From assembly GCA_037131775.1 (NCBI GenBank), contig JBAXQK010000004.1, positions 11,054-75,053 of the forward strand: DNA of 64,000 nucleotides. The letters run 5' to 3'. How positions within the stretch are numbered: position 1 is the first letter of the stretch; every line of letters begins with the position of its first letter. The notes beneath the pieces were generated by a model. The model did no database searches and was not told the origin of the DNA. It saw nothing but the letters and a program-made list of their open reading frames with translations. Both the position numbers and the translations under genes were made by a program. This document shows, piece after piece, positions 41,481-51,474 of the stretch. The DNA comes from Candidatus Uhrbacteria bacterium (lineage in GTDB: Bacteria; Patescibacteriota; Patescibacteriia; UBA9934; GWF2-40-263).

Positions 41481-41566
41481 CAATGAAACTCTTTCAAACG
41501 AAGATACCGCGTCATTGACGGGGTATTTTTCGTTTGGTAAGGTTCTCACGTTCTTTGGATAGAAAC

Positions 41567-42409
41567 ATGGAAATTCGACCGTTGAAAGATGACGATGCCC
41601 TCCCGAACGAGATGAAGATCGAGCCCTCCTACCTGAAACGAGCTCGTGACTCCGGAAGGTACTTTCCATTCGTCGCCGTCGAGGGCGGTCGCGTGTGGGG
41701 ATTCGCCGAGGCGACGCTCCAGTTCCATCCGACGCGCGGAACGGCCATGCGCGTTCGGTTCGTCTACGGGCCCGACAAGGCGTTGCGCCCGTTCCTCGCG
41801 ACGTTCTGCCAGTACGCCAATCGCATGAACCTGTGCGCCGTCTACCTGACGTCTTCCCCGTACCATCCGGAGCTCTGCACGGCCGCAAGGTTCGCGAAGT
41901 TCTCACGGATCGAAGGCGACGTCGCCATGCGGCGCGGGAATGAGCGCCTCGACCCGTTCTCCGTTCCGGACATTCGGATTCGCTCAATGATGCCAAGCGA
42001 ATACCTGCGTATCCGCAACACGATCCTTCCCCTCGTCAGCAAGGGGCCATACGTCTCGAACCAGTCCGAGGTATCGCTCCATGTCGAATCGAGGCTATTT
42101 TTCCCGATGGTAGCCGTCTCCGAGGCCGAACAGGTCGTCGCGTATGCCGAGCTTGCCCTCGGGCACGCGGGACTCGCGAGCTGCTACGTCGGCCGCGTCG
42201 AGCGCGTCGTGGTCGACCCGCTTTTCCGCGGAAGAAGGATCGCCCGGCTTCTTGTCGGCGAACTCGTTCGCAAGGGGCGCGACCTTGGTTGCGAGCACGT
42301 CGGTCTCCTGGTCGCGAAGAAAAACGCCGCCGCGCTGAAGACCTACGGGGGGATCGGCTTCGTTCCGACCGCCGAGATCCCATACTGGCTGGACTGTTCC
42401 GCTGGCTGA
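41567..42409 (+). CDS. Tandem GNAT acetyltransferase
   Basis: VVVDPLFRGRRIARLL..NAAALKTYGGIGF. Confidence 0.8.
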   Translation: MEIRPLKDDDALPNEMKIEPSYLKRARDSGRYFPFVAVEGGRVWGFAEATLQFHPTRGTAMRVRFVYGPDKALRPFLATFCQYANRMNLCAVYLTSSPYHPELCTAARFAKFSRIEGDVAMRRGNERLDPFSVPDIRIRSMMPSEYLRIRNTILPLVSKGPYVSNQSEVSLHVESRLFFPMVAVSEAEQVVAYAELALGHAGLASCYVGRVERVVVDPLFRGRRIARLLVGELVRKGRDLGCEHVGLLVAKKNAAALKTYGGIGFVPTAEIPYWLDCSAG

Positions 42410-42574
42410 CCCTTTCACGAGGGTCGTTTTTATTAGGGAACCGGTGTAAACTGTCCCTGTATGGACGAAGAAACATGCTGGATTTGCGTCGTTTTGAAGT
42501 ACGGCTTTTCCATGACGATCGGATTCGTCATTGGCATTGCCTGGATGTCGTTCAAAGGATAAACTGCCCGTACT

Positions 42575-43330
42575 ATGAAATTTCGCACTGTCATTCTCGC
42601 GGCCGGAAAGGGGACCCGAATGGGATCCGACAAGCCGAAGGTTCTGCTTACGATCGGCGGAAAGCCGATTCTCCAGCATCTCATTGAGTCGATCAAGGCG
42701 TCGGGAATCGACGGTGTTCCGGTCGTGGTCGTGAACCCGGACAGCGGAACCGGCGTCTGCGAGACGTTCGGCGAGGCGTGCAACTACGCGGTCCAGGAAG
42801 AGCCGCTTGGAACGGGCCATGCCGTCATGTCCGCCAAGGACGCGGTTGGCGAGTCCGACGCGGTGATCGTCCTCTATGGCGACCACCCGTTCGTGTCTCA
42901 GGACGCCCTTCGCCGCCTCGTCGAGATCCACTCCGCCACCTCTCCGGCCGTCACGATCATGACCACCACCGTCCCGTCGTTCGACGGCTGGCATTCGGCA
43001 TTCCGGCACTGGGGCCGCATCCTGCGCGACACGCACGGGCACATCATGGGCATCCGCGAGTACAAGGAAGCGATGGAATCCGAACGGGAGATTCGCGAAG
43101 TGAATCCCGCGATGTTTTGTTTCGATGCGAAATGGCTCTGGGAAAATATCCAACAGATCAAGAACCTGAACGCGAAAGGCGAGTATTATCTCACCGACCT
43201 CATCGAGCTTGCCGTTACGCAAGGGCATGACATCATGGGATCGGAGATCCTCCCCGAGGAATCGATCGGCGTCAACACGCCGGAGGAATTCGCGCTTGCC
43301 GAAAAGATCTATCGCGACCGGCAGGTATGA
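42575..43330 (+). CDS. GlmU-like nucleotidyltransferase (N-terminal domain only)
   Basis: LAAGKGTRMGSDKPK, QEEPLGTGHA, YGD, EYYLTD; no hexapeptide domain. Confidence 0.85.
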   Translation: MKFRTVILAAGKGTRMGSDKPKVLLTIGGKPILQHLIESIKASGIDGVPVVVVNPDSGTGVCETFGEACNYAVQEEPLGTGHAVMSAKDAVGESDAVIVLYGDHPFVSQDALRRLVEIHSATSPAVTIMTTTVPSFDGWHSAFRHWGRILRDTHGHIMGIREYKEAMESEREIREVNPAMFCFDAKWLWENIQQIKNLNAKGEYYLTDLIELAVTQGHDIMGSEILPEESIGVNTPEEFALAEKIYRDRQV

Positions 43331-43875
43331 AGCTTATAGTCGTCGGCGGGTCGCTCGCGACGGGGAAATCGACGATATCGACGCTGATCGCTGAGAAGAC
43401 GGGGTTTGCGCGTGTCTCGCTCGACGAGATCAAGGAGGCGCTGTTCGATCTGGTTGGATATCGAGACCGCGCGTGGTCGAAGGAGATCGGCCGCGTCGCG
43501 TTCCCGGCGTTTCGCGATTGCATCGAGCTGCATTTGCAGCGCGGCGACTCGGTGATCGCGGACGCGACGTTTCTTTGGGTTTCCGACGCCGATTGGCTCC
43601 ATGAGTTTTCCGAAAAATACGGCGCCGAGATCGTCCAGGTCTGGCTCACCGCCGACCCGCAGATCGCGCGACAGCGCATGATCGTCCGTTCGCAGACGAC
43701 GCGCCATCCGGGCCACAACGACGCGCTCGAATCCGTCATGGACGAGTTTGACGAACGATTTTTCAACAAGACGTTCATCCCGCTCCCGCTTCGCGCAAGG
43801 ACGATCGTCGTGGACACGACGGACATCGGCGCGGTCGACCACAACGGGATCGTCGCGTTCGTCCGCGATCCTTGA
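43327..43875 (+). CDS. P-loop kinase (AAA_33-like)
   Basis: GSLATGKST, DEIKE, RHPGH. Confidence 0.8.
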   Translation: MKLIVVGGSLATGKSTISTLIAEKTGFARVSLDEIKEALFDLVGYRDRAWSKEIGRVAFPAFRDCIELHLQRGDSVIADATFLWVSDADWLHEFSEKYGAEIVQVWLTADPQIARQRMIVRSQTTRHPGHNDALESVMDEFDERFFNKTFIPLPLRARTIVVDTTDIGAVDHNGIVAFVRDP

Positions 43876-43937
43876 CAGGATCGCGGATTTTTGATAGGTT
43901 TGCCTGCCGTCATCCAGACGGTCTCCCAGGAGAAACG

Positions 43938-44822
43938 ATGAAGCGGATACTCAGACACAAGCTCTTCCTGCTCTTTTCCGGTGCGTTGCTGACCGTTGTC
44001 GCCATGGGCCGCCATGTCGATGCCGGTCCGAACATCGCGGAGAATGTCGTCTCGGGGCCTGGCGGAACGCGATGGCCGGACATTCCGTATGCTCCGCCGC
44101 CGGACTTCGGCGACCCGATCGCGCTTCCCGGGCTTCCTTCCATGCCGATCTGGTATCGGATGGGGTACCTGACCCTGACAAAACCAGTCCTGGGGATCGC
44201 GAGATCCCGGCTGGACGCGCTTGTCGCCGCGCATCCGGACGCGGCGTTCCGGAGTGCGTTCCAATCGGAGGTGTCGTCGGGCGCGCTAAATATCCAGTGG
44301 ACGGACTGGCCGGCGTCGCATCCGGCATCCTTTTGTCTCGAGCCCGCGGGCCTTGAGCCCGGCGACGCGTTCGACCGCGACTCGGCAAGGCTCCAGCCCA
44401 CGATGTTTCTCAGCCTGTATGCGATCAACGACGCGGACACGTGGGACGAGCAGGTTGAGTTCCTGCTGACGCTCGAGCACGAATTTCTTCATGCGAGACA
44501 GGCACGGGAAGAGACGGAGGCTGAGCGACGTGACGCGCATATCGACCGCGCATACCTCCGTCCTGCTCCGCAGACTCGGGAACAGTGCCGTCACCGGTGG
44601 CGCGACGAGCGCGAGGCGTACCTTCTCGAGGCCCGTGACACGTACGCGTGGGGCTACCGCGATGGCGTATCGAATCTCAACGCACGGGTACAAACTCCCG
44701 CCGCGTTCGACCAGATCCTGTTCATGCAGTTTCTGTACTGGTACGGCAACGCGTATCCGGAATGCGTCCAGGATTGGGCCGAGTTGGCAGGCGCTCCCAT
44801 GGACGACCCGCCACGCCCCTAG
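43938..44822 (+). CDS. Exported protein with HExxH motif
   Basis: Signal peptide; LEHEFLHARQ..EREAY; own TTGACA promoter. Confidence 0.6.
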   Translation: MKRILRHKLFLLFSGALLTVVAMGRHVDAGPNIAENVVSGPGGTRWPDIPYAPPPDFGDPIALPGLPSMPIWYRMGYLTLTKPVLGIARSRLDALVAAHPDAAFRSAFQSEVSSGALNIQWTDWPASHPASFCLEPAGLEPGDAFDRDSARLQPTMFLSLYAINDADTWDEQVEFLLTLEHEFLHARQAREETEAERRDAHIDRAYLRPAPQTREQCRHRWRDEREAYLLEARDTYAWGYRDGVSNLNARVQTPAAFDQILFMQFLYWYGNAYPECVQDWAELAGAPMDDPPRP

Positions 44823-44871
44823 CCGCCCTCGACTGGCGGCTTTTTTCTTTTTCCGATACGCTTGGCGTATT

Positions 44872-46125
44872 ATGCGCCTCATCACCGACTGGCACGTCCA
44901 TTCAAAATATTCTCGCGCCTGCTCGCAGAGCCTGACGTTGCCGAACATCGCCGCGATGTGCGAGCGGAAGGGAATCGACGTGGTCGCGACGGGCGATTGG
45001 ACGCATCCGGCTTGGTTCGCGCACCTGCAGGAGAATCTCGTCGAGAGCGAGCCGGGAATCTATCGCTTACTACCAACACCGAGCGTTGGTAGTGGACTAC
45101 CAACGCTCGGTGTTGGTAGTAAGATGCGGTTCATGCTTGTCACCGAGGTTTCGCTGATCTACTCGAAAGGCGGGAAGACGCGGAGAATCCACAACCTGAT
45201 CTTCTCACCCTCGCTCGAGACGTGCGCGAAGGTAAACGCCGAGCTCGATCGGCGGGGACTCAATCGACGGTCCGACGGTCGGCCGATCTTCGGGCTCGAT
45301 TCCGAGGAACTGTACAAGATCCTCAAGTCGATCGACGAACGGATAATTGTCGTACCAGCCCATGCGTGGACGCCGTGGTACTCAGTCTTCGGTTCGAAGT
45401 CCGGGTTCGACAGTCTCGATGATTGCTTCGGAGAGATGACGAAGTATGTCTACGCGATCGAAACTGGCCTCTCGTCGGATCCCAAGATGAATTGGCGGGT
45501 TTCCGGGCTGGATTCCGTCACGCTCATCTCCAATTCCGACGCGCATTCGCCCGACAAGCTGGGGCGCGAGGCGAACGTGTTCGATCTCGACACCGTCTCG
45601 TACGACGAGTTCGTCCGCGTTTTGCGCGACAGGGACGCGGCGAGATTTCTTTCGACGATCGAGTTCTTTCCCGAGGAAGGGAAGTATCACCTCGACGGCT
45701 GTGCGAACTGCGGATTCTCGTCGGTCCCGAAAGAATCAAAGCGATTGGGACTGCGCTGTCCGAAGTGCAAGAAACCGCTGACGCTCGGGGTTCAGTATCG
45801 CGTCGACCAGCTTGCCGATCGTGACGGGACCAAAGTCCCCGGGAAAATTCCATACCATTCCATCGTTCCGCTCAAGGAAATCATCGCGGACGTTTTCGGC
45901 GTCGCGTCGACCTCGTCCAAGCGCGTCGCGGCAGAGTACGACCGACTTACCGATCGCGTCGGAAACGAGCTCGACATCCTTCTTTCCAAGGACGTCGCGG
46001 AGATCGCGAATGAATCGACGAACCCGCGCATCGCCGAGGCAATCCTGCGCGTACGACAGGGAAACGTGCATCTCGTTTCCGGATATGACGGAATCTTCGG
46101 CACGGTCCGCGCGATCGAAAAGTAA
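44872..46125 (+). CDS. PHP-family endonuclease Q-like protein
   Basis: DWHVHSKYSRAC, TGDWTHP, PAHAWTPW, ETGLSSDP, SNSDAHS, GYDGIFG. Confidence 0.9.
   Translation: MRLITDWHVHSKYSRACSQSLTLPNIAAMCERKGIDVVATGDWTHPAWFAHLQENLVESEPGIYRLLPTPSVGSGLPTLGVGSKMRFMLVTEVSLIYSKGGKTRRIHNLIFSPSLETCAKVNAELDRRGLNRRSDGRPIFGLDSEELYKILKSIDERIIVVPAHAWTPWYSVFGSKSGFDSLDDCFGEMTKYVYAIETGLSSDPKMNWRVSGLDSVTLISNSDAHSPDKLGREANVFDLDTVSYDEFVRVLRDRDAARFLSTIEFFPEEGKYHLDGCANCGFSSVPKESKRLGLRCPKCKKPLTLGVQYRVDQLADRDGTKVPGKIPYHSIVPLKEIIADVFGVASTSSKRVAAEYDRLTDRVGNELDILLSKDVAEIANESTNPRIAEAILRVRQGNVHLVSGYDGIFGTVRAIEK
45066..45123. repeat. Inverted pair of the 25-bp palindromic element, in frame
   Basis: Units at 45069-45093 and 45096-45120; encodes LPTPSVGSGLPTLGVGS. 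Confidence 0.9.
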
Positions 46126-46195
46126 AAACTTACGCAACGCAAAACTCCCCGTCGCGTCACGGGGAGTTCTGCGAGTTATCCGGTTGACCGACTGA

Positions 46196-46294
46196 CTAGG
46201 CGCGCTTCTTGGCGGCTGCCTTCTTCTTCGGGGCGGCTTTCTTGGCGGCGACCTTCTTCACGGCTTTCTTCACGGCTTTCTTTGCTACTGCCAT
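46196..46294 (-). CDS. Tiny Lys/Ala-rich histone-H1-like peptide (32 aa)
   Basis: MAVAKKAVKKAVKKVAAKKAAPKKKAAAKKRA; terminator at 46141-46169. Confidence 0.7.
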   Translation of the reverse strand: MAVAKKAVKKAVKKVAAKKAAPKKKAAAKKRA

Positions 46295-46443
46295 ATATTT
46301 ATGCGATGAGACCTTACTGTTTTTTAAAAAATTCTTCTGGTCGGAATCGCATGACGCAATGCGACTCTCGATTAGTAATATTATACGCGCAAAAAAAATT
46401 TGCAACAAGTATTTTGTGCAAATTTTTTTTAGAACTATTTTTT

Positions 46444-47784
46444 TTACGCCTGCACGGTCACCGGAATTCCGACGTCGCTCCACTCGTAAATCCATTTGAT
46501 GTCTTCGAGCGAGACGTTCACGCAGCCGTGGCTCAGCGTGTATCCGAAGGCGTGGTTCCATGGCGCGTAGTGGATATAAATATGTTCGGCGAAGCGCAGG
46601 TTCCACGGAATCCAACCGAGATCGTACGCCTCCGTTCCCGTTCCGCCGGCGTAATGGACGAGTGGAATCTTGGCGATGATCGCGTGGTCGCCGAGCGGCG
46701 TCTGATAGGGGGCGCGGGCGGTCGAGACAAGAAAACTATCGTCAACCAAGCCATTATTGTATGCGTATAATCGCTGCTCGGAAAGATCGACCATGACCGA
46801 CTTTCCCGTCGCGCTCCCTCCGTACAATGCGCGCGAATCGACGACGACCGTCTCCGTCTTTCCGTCTCCGTCTATGTCTCCTGCGGCGGCCGCGATGGTG
46901 CCGTGCGCGTTCCCGTAAGATGAACTCACGAATGAGTCAGCGTCGATGATCTGCGCGTTCGACGTCGTGCGGTACGTCCGCCCGCCCGCGAAAAACATTC
47001 CCGTCGCTCCGTCCGCGTCGTCGTTCTGCGCGACCGAGGCGACGATATTTTTATCTGTGGATAACTTTGTGTCGAACGTCTCGTGATCTTTTCCTTTTTG
47101 CGCCGCAACGCGCAAAATTTTATTTCCGATCGCGCCGACGACGCCGCGCGTGTCCGTCGCGTCGAACAAAAAGAATTCTTGCGCGAGGGCCATCGTCCCG
47201 TTCGTCCGTTTCCAAATCTTAATGTCCGGTCCCGATCCCGCCGCCGGAAGCGTCGCGAGTTCCGCGCGCCCGTCGCCGTCCATGTCGCCGCATGCGAGGT
47301 TTACGCCGTTCGCGTTCGCCGCGTCATACGCGAAGAATCCCGGGTCGATCAGCGTTCCGAAATTATTGAAGACGCGCACGTGCGATGCCCCGCCGCGCAT
47401 GGGAACGGTGACGATCTCATTCGTGCCATCGCCGTCGAGGTCGCACGCGGCCACGTTCACGCCGACGCCCATCGCCGCGTCGTACGCAAGGAACGACCCG
47501 ATCTCCGAACCGTCCTGGCGAAGCACGTGCACGCGCGGCTCGTTCCCAAGCCCGTTCCCGAGGATGATTTCCGCGATCCCGTCGGATCCGAGGTCCGCGA
47601 CCGCCACGCTCATCCCTCCCGCGTCGTTCGCGGTAACCACGGAAAAAGAAGATCGGACGGACATGTCCGGGTTCACGATCCTGACGACGATCTCCTGCGG
47701 CCTGTTTTTCGCATAGGCGGTTTCGACCGGAACGGAGGCGGCGACGAGGGAAAGGATGGCGAGAACGACAAAAAATCTTTGCAT
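46444..47784 (-). CDS. L,D-transpeptidase (YkuD) with FG-GAP repeats
   Basis: DLDGDG repeats; VDLSEQRL..IHYAPW..SHGCVN. Confidence 0.9.
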   Translation of the reverse strand: MQRFFVVLAILSLVAASVPVETAYAKNRPQEIVVRIVNPDMSVRSSFSVVTANDAGGMSVAVADLGSDGIAEIILGNGLGNEPRVHVLRQDGSEIGSFLAYDAAMGVGVNVAACDLDGDGTNEIVTVPMRGGASHVRVFNNFGTLIDPGFFAYDAANANGVNLACGDMDGDGRAELATLPAAGSGPDIKIWKRTNGTMALAQEFFLFDATDTRGVVGAIGNKILRVAAQKGKDHETFDTKLSTDKNIVASVAQNDDADGATGMFFAGGRTYRTTSNAQIIDADSFVSSSYGNAHGTIAAAAGDIDGDGKTETVVVDSRALYGGSATGKSVMVDLSEQRLYAYNNGLVDDSFLVSTARAPYQTPLGDHAIIAKIPLVHYAGGTGTEAYDLGWIPWNLRFAEHIYIHYAPWNHAFGYTLSHGCVNVSLEDIKWIYEWSDVGIPVTVQA

Positions 47785-47847
47785 ACGCCACCAGTATAAC
47801 ATTTTGCCTTAACAAACAAAAAATATCCTCAGCAAAAGGATATTTTT

Positions 47848-47923
47848 TGGTGGACCGTTAGGGATTCGAACCCTAGACCCCTGCCTTGCAAAGGCAGTGC
47901 TCTACCAACTGAGCTAACGGCCC
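47848..47923 (-). tRNA. tRNA-Ala (TGC)
   Basis: GGGCCGT..TTTGCAA..G3-U70, CCA. Confidence 0.96.
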
Positions 47924-48026
47924 AAGTCGCTCATTTCGTTCCGGGAGTATAACAATCCATTGACAAAAAGGCAATTTTTAGCTAAGATTCGCCCTCCGGC
48001 ATTTTCCACGCCGGATAGGAGATTCG

Positions 48027-49514
48027 ATGTTTTTGAACGTGTTCCTTCCCGCGGTCATCTGGATGACCGCCGTCGCAAACGGGCTCGCATTCGCCTCGGC
48101 CCAGTCCGGTTGGGCGCTCTACGCGTCCTTCGCGGCGGTCATCGGGTTCTCGGCCTGCTCGGCGTTCTACGCGTGGCCGGTGACCGAGCTCCATCGGAAG
48201 GGGGTCGGAAAGGGCGGGCGCGTGATCGTCTACGGCATGGCGCTCGTCGGCGTGTCGTCCCAGGCGATCCAGCTCTTCCGGCCTGGTTTTCTGCTCGACA
48301 CGGACGTTGCCGTCACGGTGGCTTCGCGAAAACCCGTCACGGTCGATCTTGATCGAGGGATCAAGATGTACGTCCCCCCGTCGCCTCACCGGTCGCCGGA
48401 CCTTCCGTCCGACCTGCTCGGCGCGATCGCGCGAGGCAAGCGCATGATGGGGAAGGCCAGTTTTGACCAGGACAAGTGCCTGGGCGAGGGAGAGGGGTTC
48501 CGCAAGTGCCTCGGCAGCTACCTGCTGGCGGCCGTCGACAAGGACGGCGCGCTGCAGAAGGTCGACGTGATGCGGAAGCCGGACGGCACGTTCGTCTCCA
48601 CGCCGCCGAGCTTCTCGGTGGACAGGGAGTCGGGCGAGGGGTTCAACACCGCCTTCCGCGTTTCCTCGCCTCCCGGCTGGACGGTCGTGGCACTCCGCCG
48701 CCCCTACACCAAGGACGGGAACGTCGTCGCCGACACGTACGTGCCGTACAGCGCCGCGCTGAATACGGACGAGCTGGTGACGGAAGGGGCGCGGTACCTC
48801 GGCCTGATGCTGACCTCCGCCTCGCGGGAGCTGGAGGCCCGCCAGGTGGAGTCCAAGTTCATTCCCGGCAAGCTCGTGACCGACATCGGCACGAACGACC
48901 ACGTGGCCGCCCTCGTCATGACCGAGTGGGTGCGCGATCCGGAGGCGTTCGTGACCGGCACCGCCGCGGAGCGCGCCGAATTCGTCGCGCGCACGCTGGC
49001 CATGTTCGGCGCCAACCGAGGCCGCGCGTTCCGTTTCAGCCAGAGCGCGGTCGGCGCCAGCGGGATCGCGCAGGTGATGCCCGCGACGGCGAGCGGCATC
49101 GTCGACCAGTACGACGACGCCGGACTGGCGGGGTTCAACGACTTCGACCGGTCCGACCACCAGCAGGCCCTCAAGCTGTCGATCATCCACGCGGACGCGG
49201 AACTGTGGACGTTCGGCCAGAACAAGGCGCGGCTTGGCGAACTGACCGCGAACCCGGCCGCGTTCCGGCTCGTGCTCGCCTCCGGGTACAACTGCAACGC
49301 GCAGTACGTCGACGCGGTCATCCAGTCCCGCGGCGACGACTGGCGGAAGCCGTGCGGCAAGGAAGCCGGCGCCTGCAGCGACCTTCCGCTCGAGACGCGC
49401 AACTACCTCGTCAAGTACGAGGAGATCTACGGGCTGCTGTTCGACCGTGCCACGCACGACCGCGTCGCGGCGATCGTGAGCCCGCCGGTCGTCGCGGAAA
49501 CCAAAACGGAGTAG
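48027..49514 (+). CDS. Membrane-anchored lytic transglycosylase (SLT-like)
   Basis: SAVGASGIAQVMPATA, SGYN, LPLETRNYL. Confidence 0.8.
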   Translation: MFLNVFLPAVIWMTAVANGLAFASAQSGWALYASFAAVIGFSACSAFYAWPVTELHRKGVGKGGRVIVYGMALVGVSSQAIQLFRPGFLLDTDVAVTVASRKPVTVDLDRGIKMYVPPSPHRSPDLPSDLLGAIARGKRMMGKASFDQDKCLGEGEGFRKCLGSYLLAAVDKDGALQKVDVMRKPDGTFVSTPPSFSVDRESGEGFNTAFRVSSPPGWTVVALRRPYTKDGNVVADTYVPYSAALNTDELVTEGARYLGLMLTSASRELEARQVESKFIPGKLVTDIGTNDHVAALVMTEWVRDPEAFVTGTAAERAEFVARTLAMFGANRGRAFRFSQSAVGASGIAQVMPATASGIVDQYDDAGLAGFNDFDRSDHQQALKLSIIHADAELWTFGQNKARLGELTANPAAFRLVLASGYNCNAQYVDAVIQSRGDDWRKPCGKEAGACSDLPLETRNYLVKYEEIYGLLFDRATHDRVAAIVSPPVVAETKTE

Positions 49515-49535
49515 GCTCTCTACTCCGTCTTTTTA

Positions 49536-50507
49536 TTACTTGATCGCGTTCGGCGGGACCTTGCCGTCGAGAAACGCCACGATGTTCTCGGCCGCGCGCC
49601 GGCTCATCGCCTGGCGCGTCTCGACCGTCGCGCTTGCCGTGTGCGGCGTGATGACCACGTTGTCGAGCTTGCGCAGCGCGAGCGGGATCTTCGGCTCGAA
49701 CTCGTACACGTCGATGCCCGCGCCGGCGATCTGCTTCTTCTGAAGCGCCGCGATGAGCGCCGCCTCGTCCACGACAGGCCCGCGAGAGGTGTTGATGAGG
49801 AACGCGGTCTTCTTCATCGCGCGCAGCTGCTTCGCGCCGATCAGGTGCCGCGTCGTCGGGAGCAGGGGGACGTGGATGGAGACGAAGTCCGAGCGCTTCA
49901 GCAGCTCGTCGAGCGTCAGGAACTCCGCGAGCTCGTCCTTCTCGATCTTCTCGTTCCGCTTCACGTCCGTGTAGATGATCTTCACCCCGAACCCGTCGTA
50001 CATCCGTTCCACGAGGTCCATCCCGATGAGCCCGGAACCCACGATTCCGAGCGTCTTTCCGACGACGTCCGTCCCAAGCAGCATCTGCGGGCCCCAGCCG
50101 ATGTACTTTCCGGCGCGGGCGAACCGGTCCGCCTCGATAAGGCGGTGGGCGAGGGCGAACATCATCGCGATCGTATGCTCGGCGACCGTCTCGGCGATTT
50201 CCGTCCCCGGCGTGTTCGTCACGACGATCCCGCGCTTCGCCGCCTCCTTCAGGTCGATGTTGTCGAACCCGACCGCGTAGTTCGCAATCATCTTGAGGCT
50301 GGGACCGGCCGCGTCGAACAGCTGCGCGTCCATCTTGTCCGTGAGGATCGATAGGATCGCGGTCACGCCCTTCGCACGCTTCAACAGTTCCTTGCGCGGA
50401 ATGATCTGGTCGATCTCGTACATGTCGACGCTAACGCGCTTGTCCTTCCTCAGAAGCTTGAGTCCGGCGTCGGGGATGGGTCGGGTGACGAAGATGCGTG
50501 GTTTCAT
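49536..50507 (-). CDS. D-2-hydroxyacid (glyoxylate/D-glycerate) dehydrogenase
   Basis: AVGFDNID, GIVGSGLIG, INTSRG, DVYEFEP, TPH. Confidence 0.92.
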   Translation of the reverse strand: MKPRIFVTRPIPDAGLKLLRKDKRVSVDMYEIDQIIPRKELLKRAKGVTAILSILTDKMDAQLFDAAGPSLKMIANYAVGFDNIDLKEAAKRGIVVTNTPGTEIAETVAEHTIAMMFALAHRLIEADRFARAGKYIGWGPQMLLGTDVVGKTLGIVGSGLIGMDLVERMYDGFGVKIIYTDVKRNEKIEKDELAEFLTLDELLKRSDFVSIHVPLLPTTRHLIGAKQLRAMKKTAFLINTSRGPVVDEAALIAALQKKQIAGAGIDVYEFEPKIPLALRKLDNVVITPHTASATVETRQAMSRRAAENIVAFLDGKVPPNAIK

Positions 50508-51472
50508 ACCTTGGCGATGTTAACGGATTTGAGCTGGACGTTCGTCGGCCACTTCTTGAGGATTCCCGCCTTTGCCCCGACCTTCGTGATGACCGACTGC
50601 GCGTTGAGCATTCCGACCGCGAGTGCCGTCCGCAGGTCGTCCGTTCGCATCAGTCCCGCGACGAATCCCGAGCCGAACGCGTCGCCGGCGCCGGTCTGCG
50701 ACACGGCCTGCCTGCCGCTTCCCGGGGACATGATCGTAATCCCGTCGCGCTGGACGAACGCGCCACGGGCACCGTCCGTGATGACGACGACGTTTCCCGG
50801 CGTCGCCAGGGCGGCGAACATCTCCTCGACCGTCGACGCTCCCGTGAGCCTGGCGGCCTCCTCCTTGTTGAGCTGGAGGACGCGGACGTTCGGCAGGATC
50901 GCCTTGATCGCGCCGAGACCCTGCTCGATTTCCTTGCGTCCCGGGTTCCAAGCGACGGAGGCGCCGGAAGATTTCGCGTGCGTCGCGATTTTTCTCGCGA
51001 GCGCGACGTTTCCCGCGAGCGACGTGACGTAGAACCACCTTGCCTTGCACTTCGCGAACGGGACGTCGGCCGACCCAAGCGTTCCGGAAACCCCGCGGTA
51101 TGTCAGCGCCGTCCGCTCTCCGTTCGACGCGGTCAAAAGCGTCGAGTATCCCGTCACGCCCTTCGCGACCCGGCGGATGAGTGCCGTCGCGACCCCTTCC
51201 TTTTTCAAGTCCTCTATCACGTCGCGGCCTCCCGCGTCGTCGCCGATCCGGCAGATCGCCGCGGTCTTCAGCCCCAGCCGCGCGAACGTAACCGCCGCGT
51301 TCGTCGCGCCGCCCCCCGTCGTGAGCACGATGTCGTTTACCTCTATCTTCGACCCGAGCGCGACGCACTCGGCCTTGCCTCCCTCGAAGTCCGCGTTCGC
51401 GATGAGCCTGAACTGGTCGGAGAGCAGGAAGACGTCGCGCATTCCGGAACCGATGGCAATGATGTCGTACAT
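50504..51472 (-). CDS. PfkB-family carbohydrate kinase
   Basis: GGGATNAA, TGAGDAF. Confidence 0.92.
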   Translation of the reverse strand: MYDIIAIGSGMRDVFLLSDQFRLIANADFEGGKAECVALGSKIEVNDIVLTTGGGATNAAVTFARLGLKTAAICRIGDDAGGRDVIEDLKKEGVATALIRRVAKGVTGYSTLLTASNGERTALTYRGVSGTLGSADVPFAKCKARWFYVTSLAGNVALARKIATHAKSSGASVAWNPGRKEIEQGLGAIKAILPNVRVLQLNKEEAARLTGASTVEEMFAALATPGNVVVITDGARGAFVQRDGITIMSPGSGRQAVSQTGAGDAFGSGFVAGLMRTDDLRTALAVGMLNAQSVITKVGAKAGILKKWPTNVQLKSVNIAKV

Positions 51473-51474
51473 AT

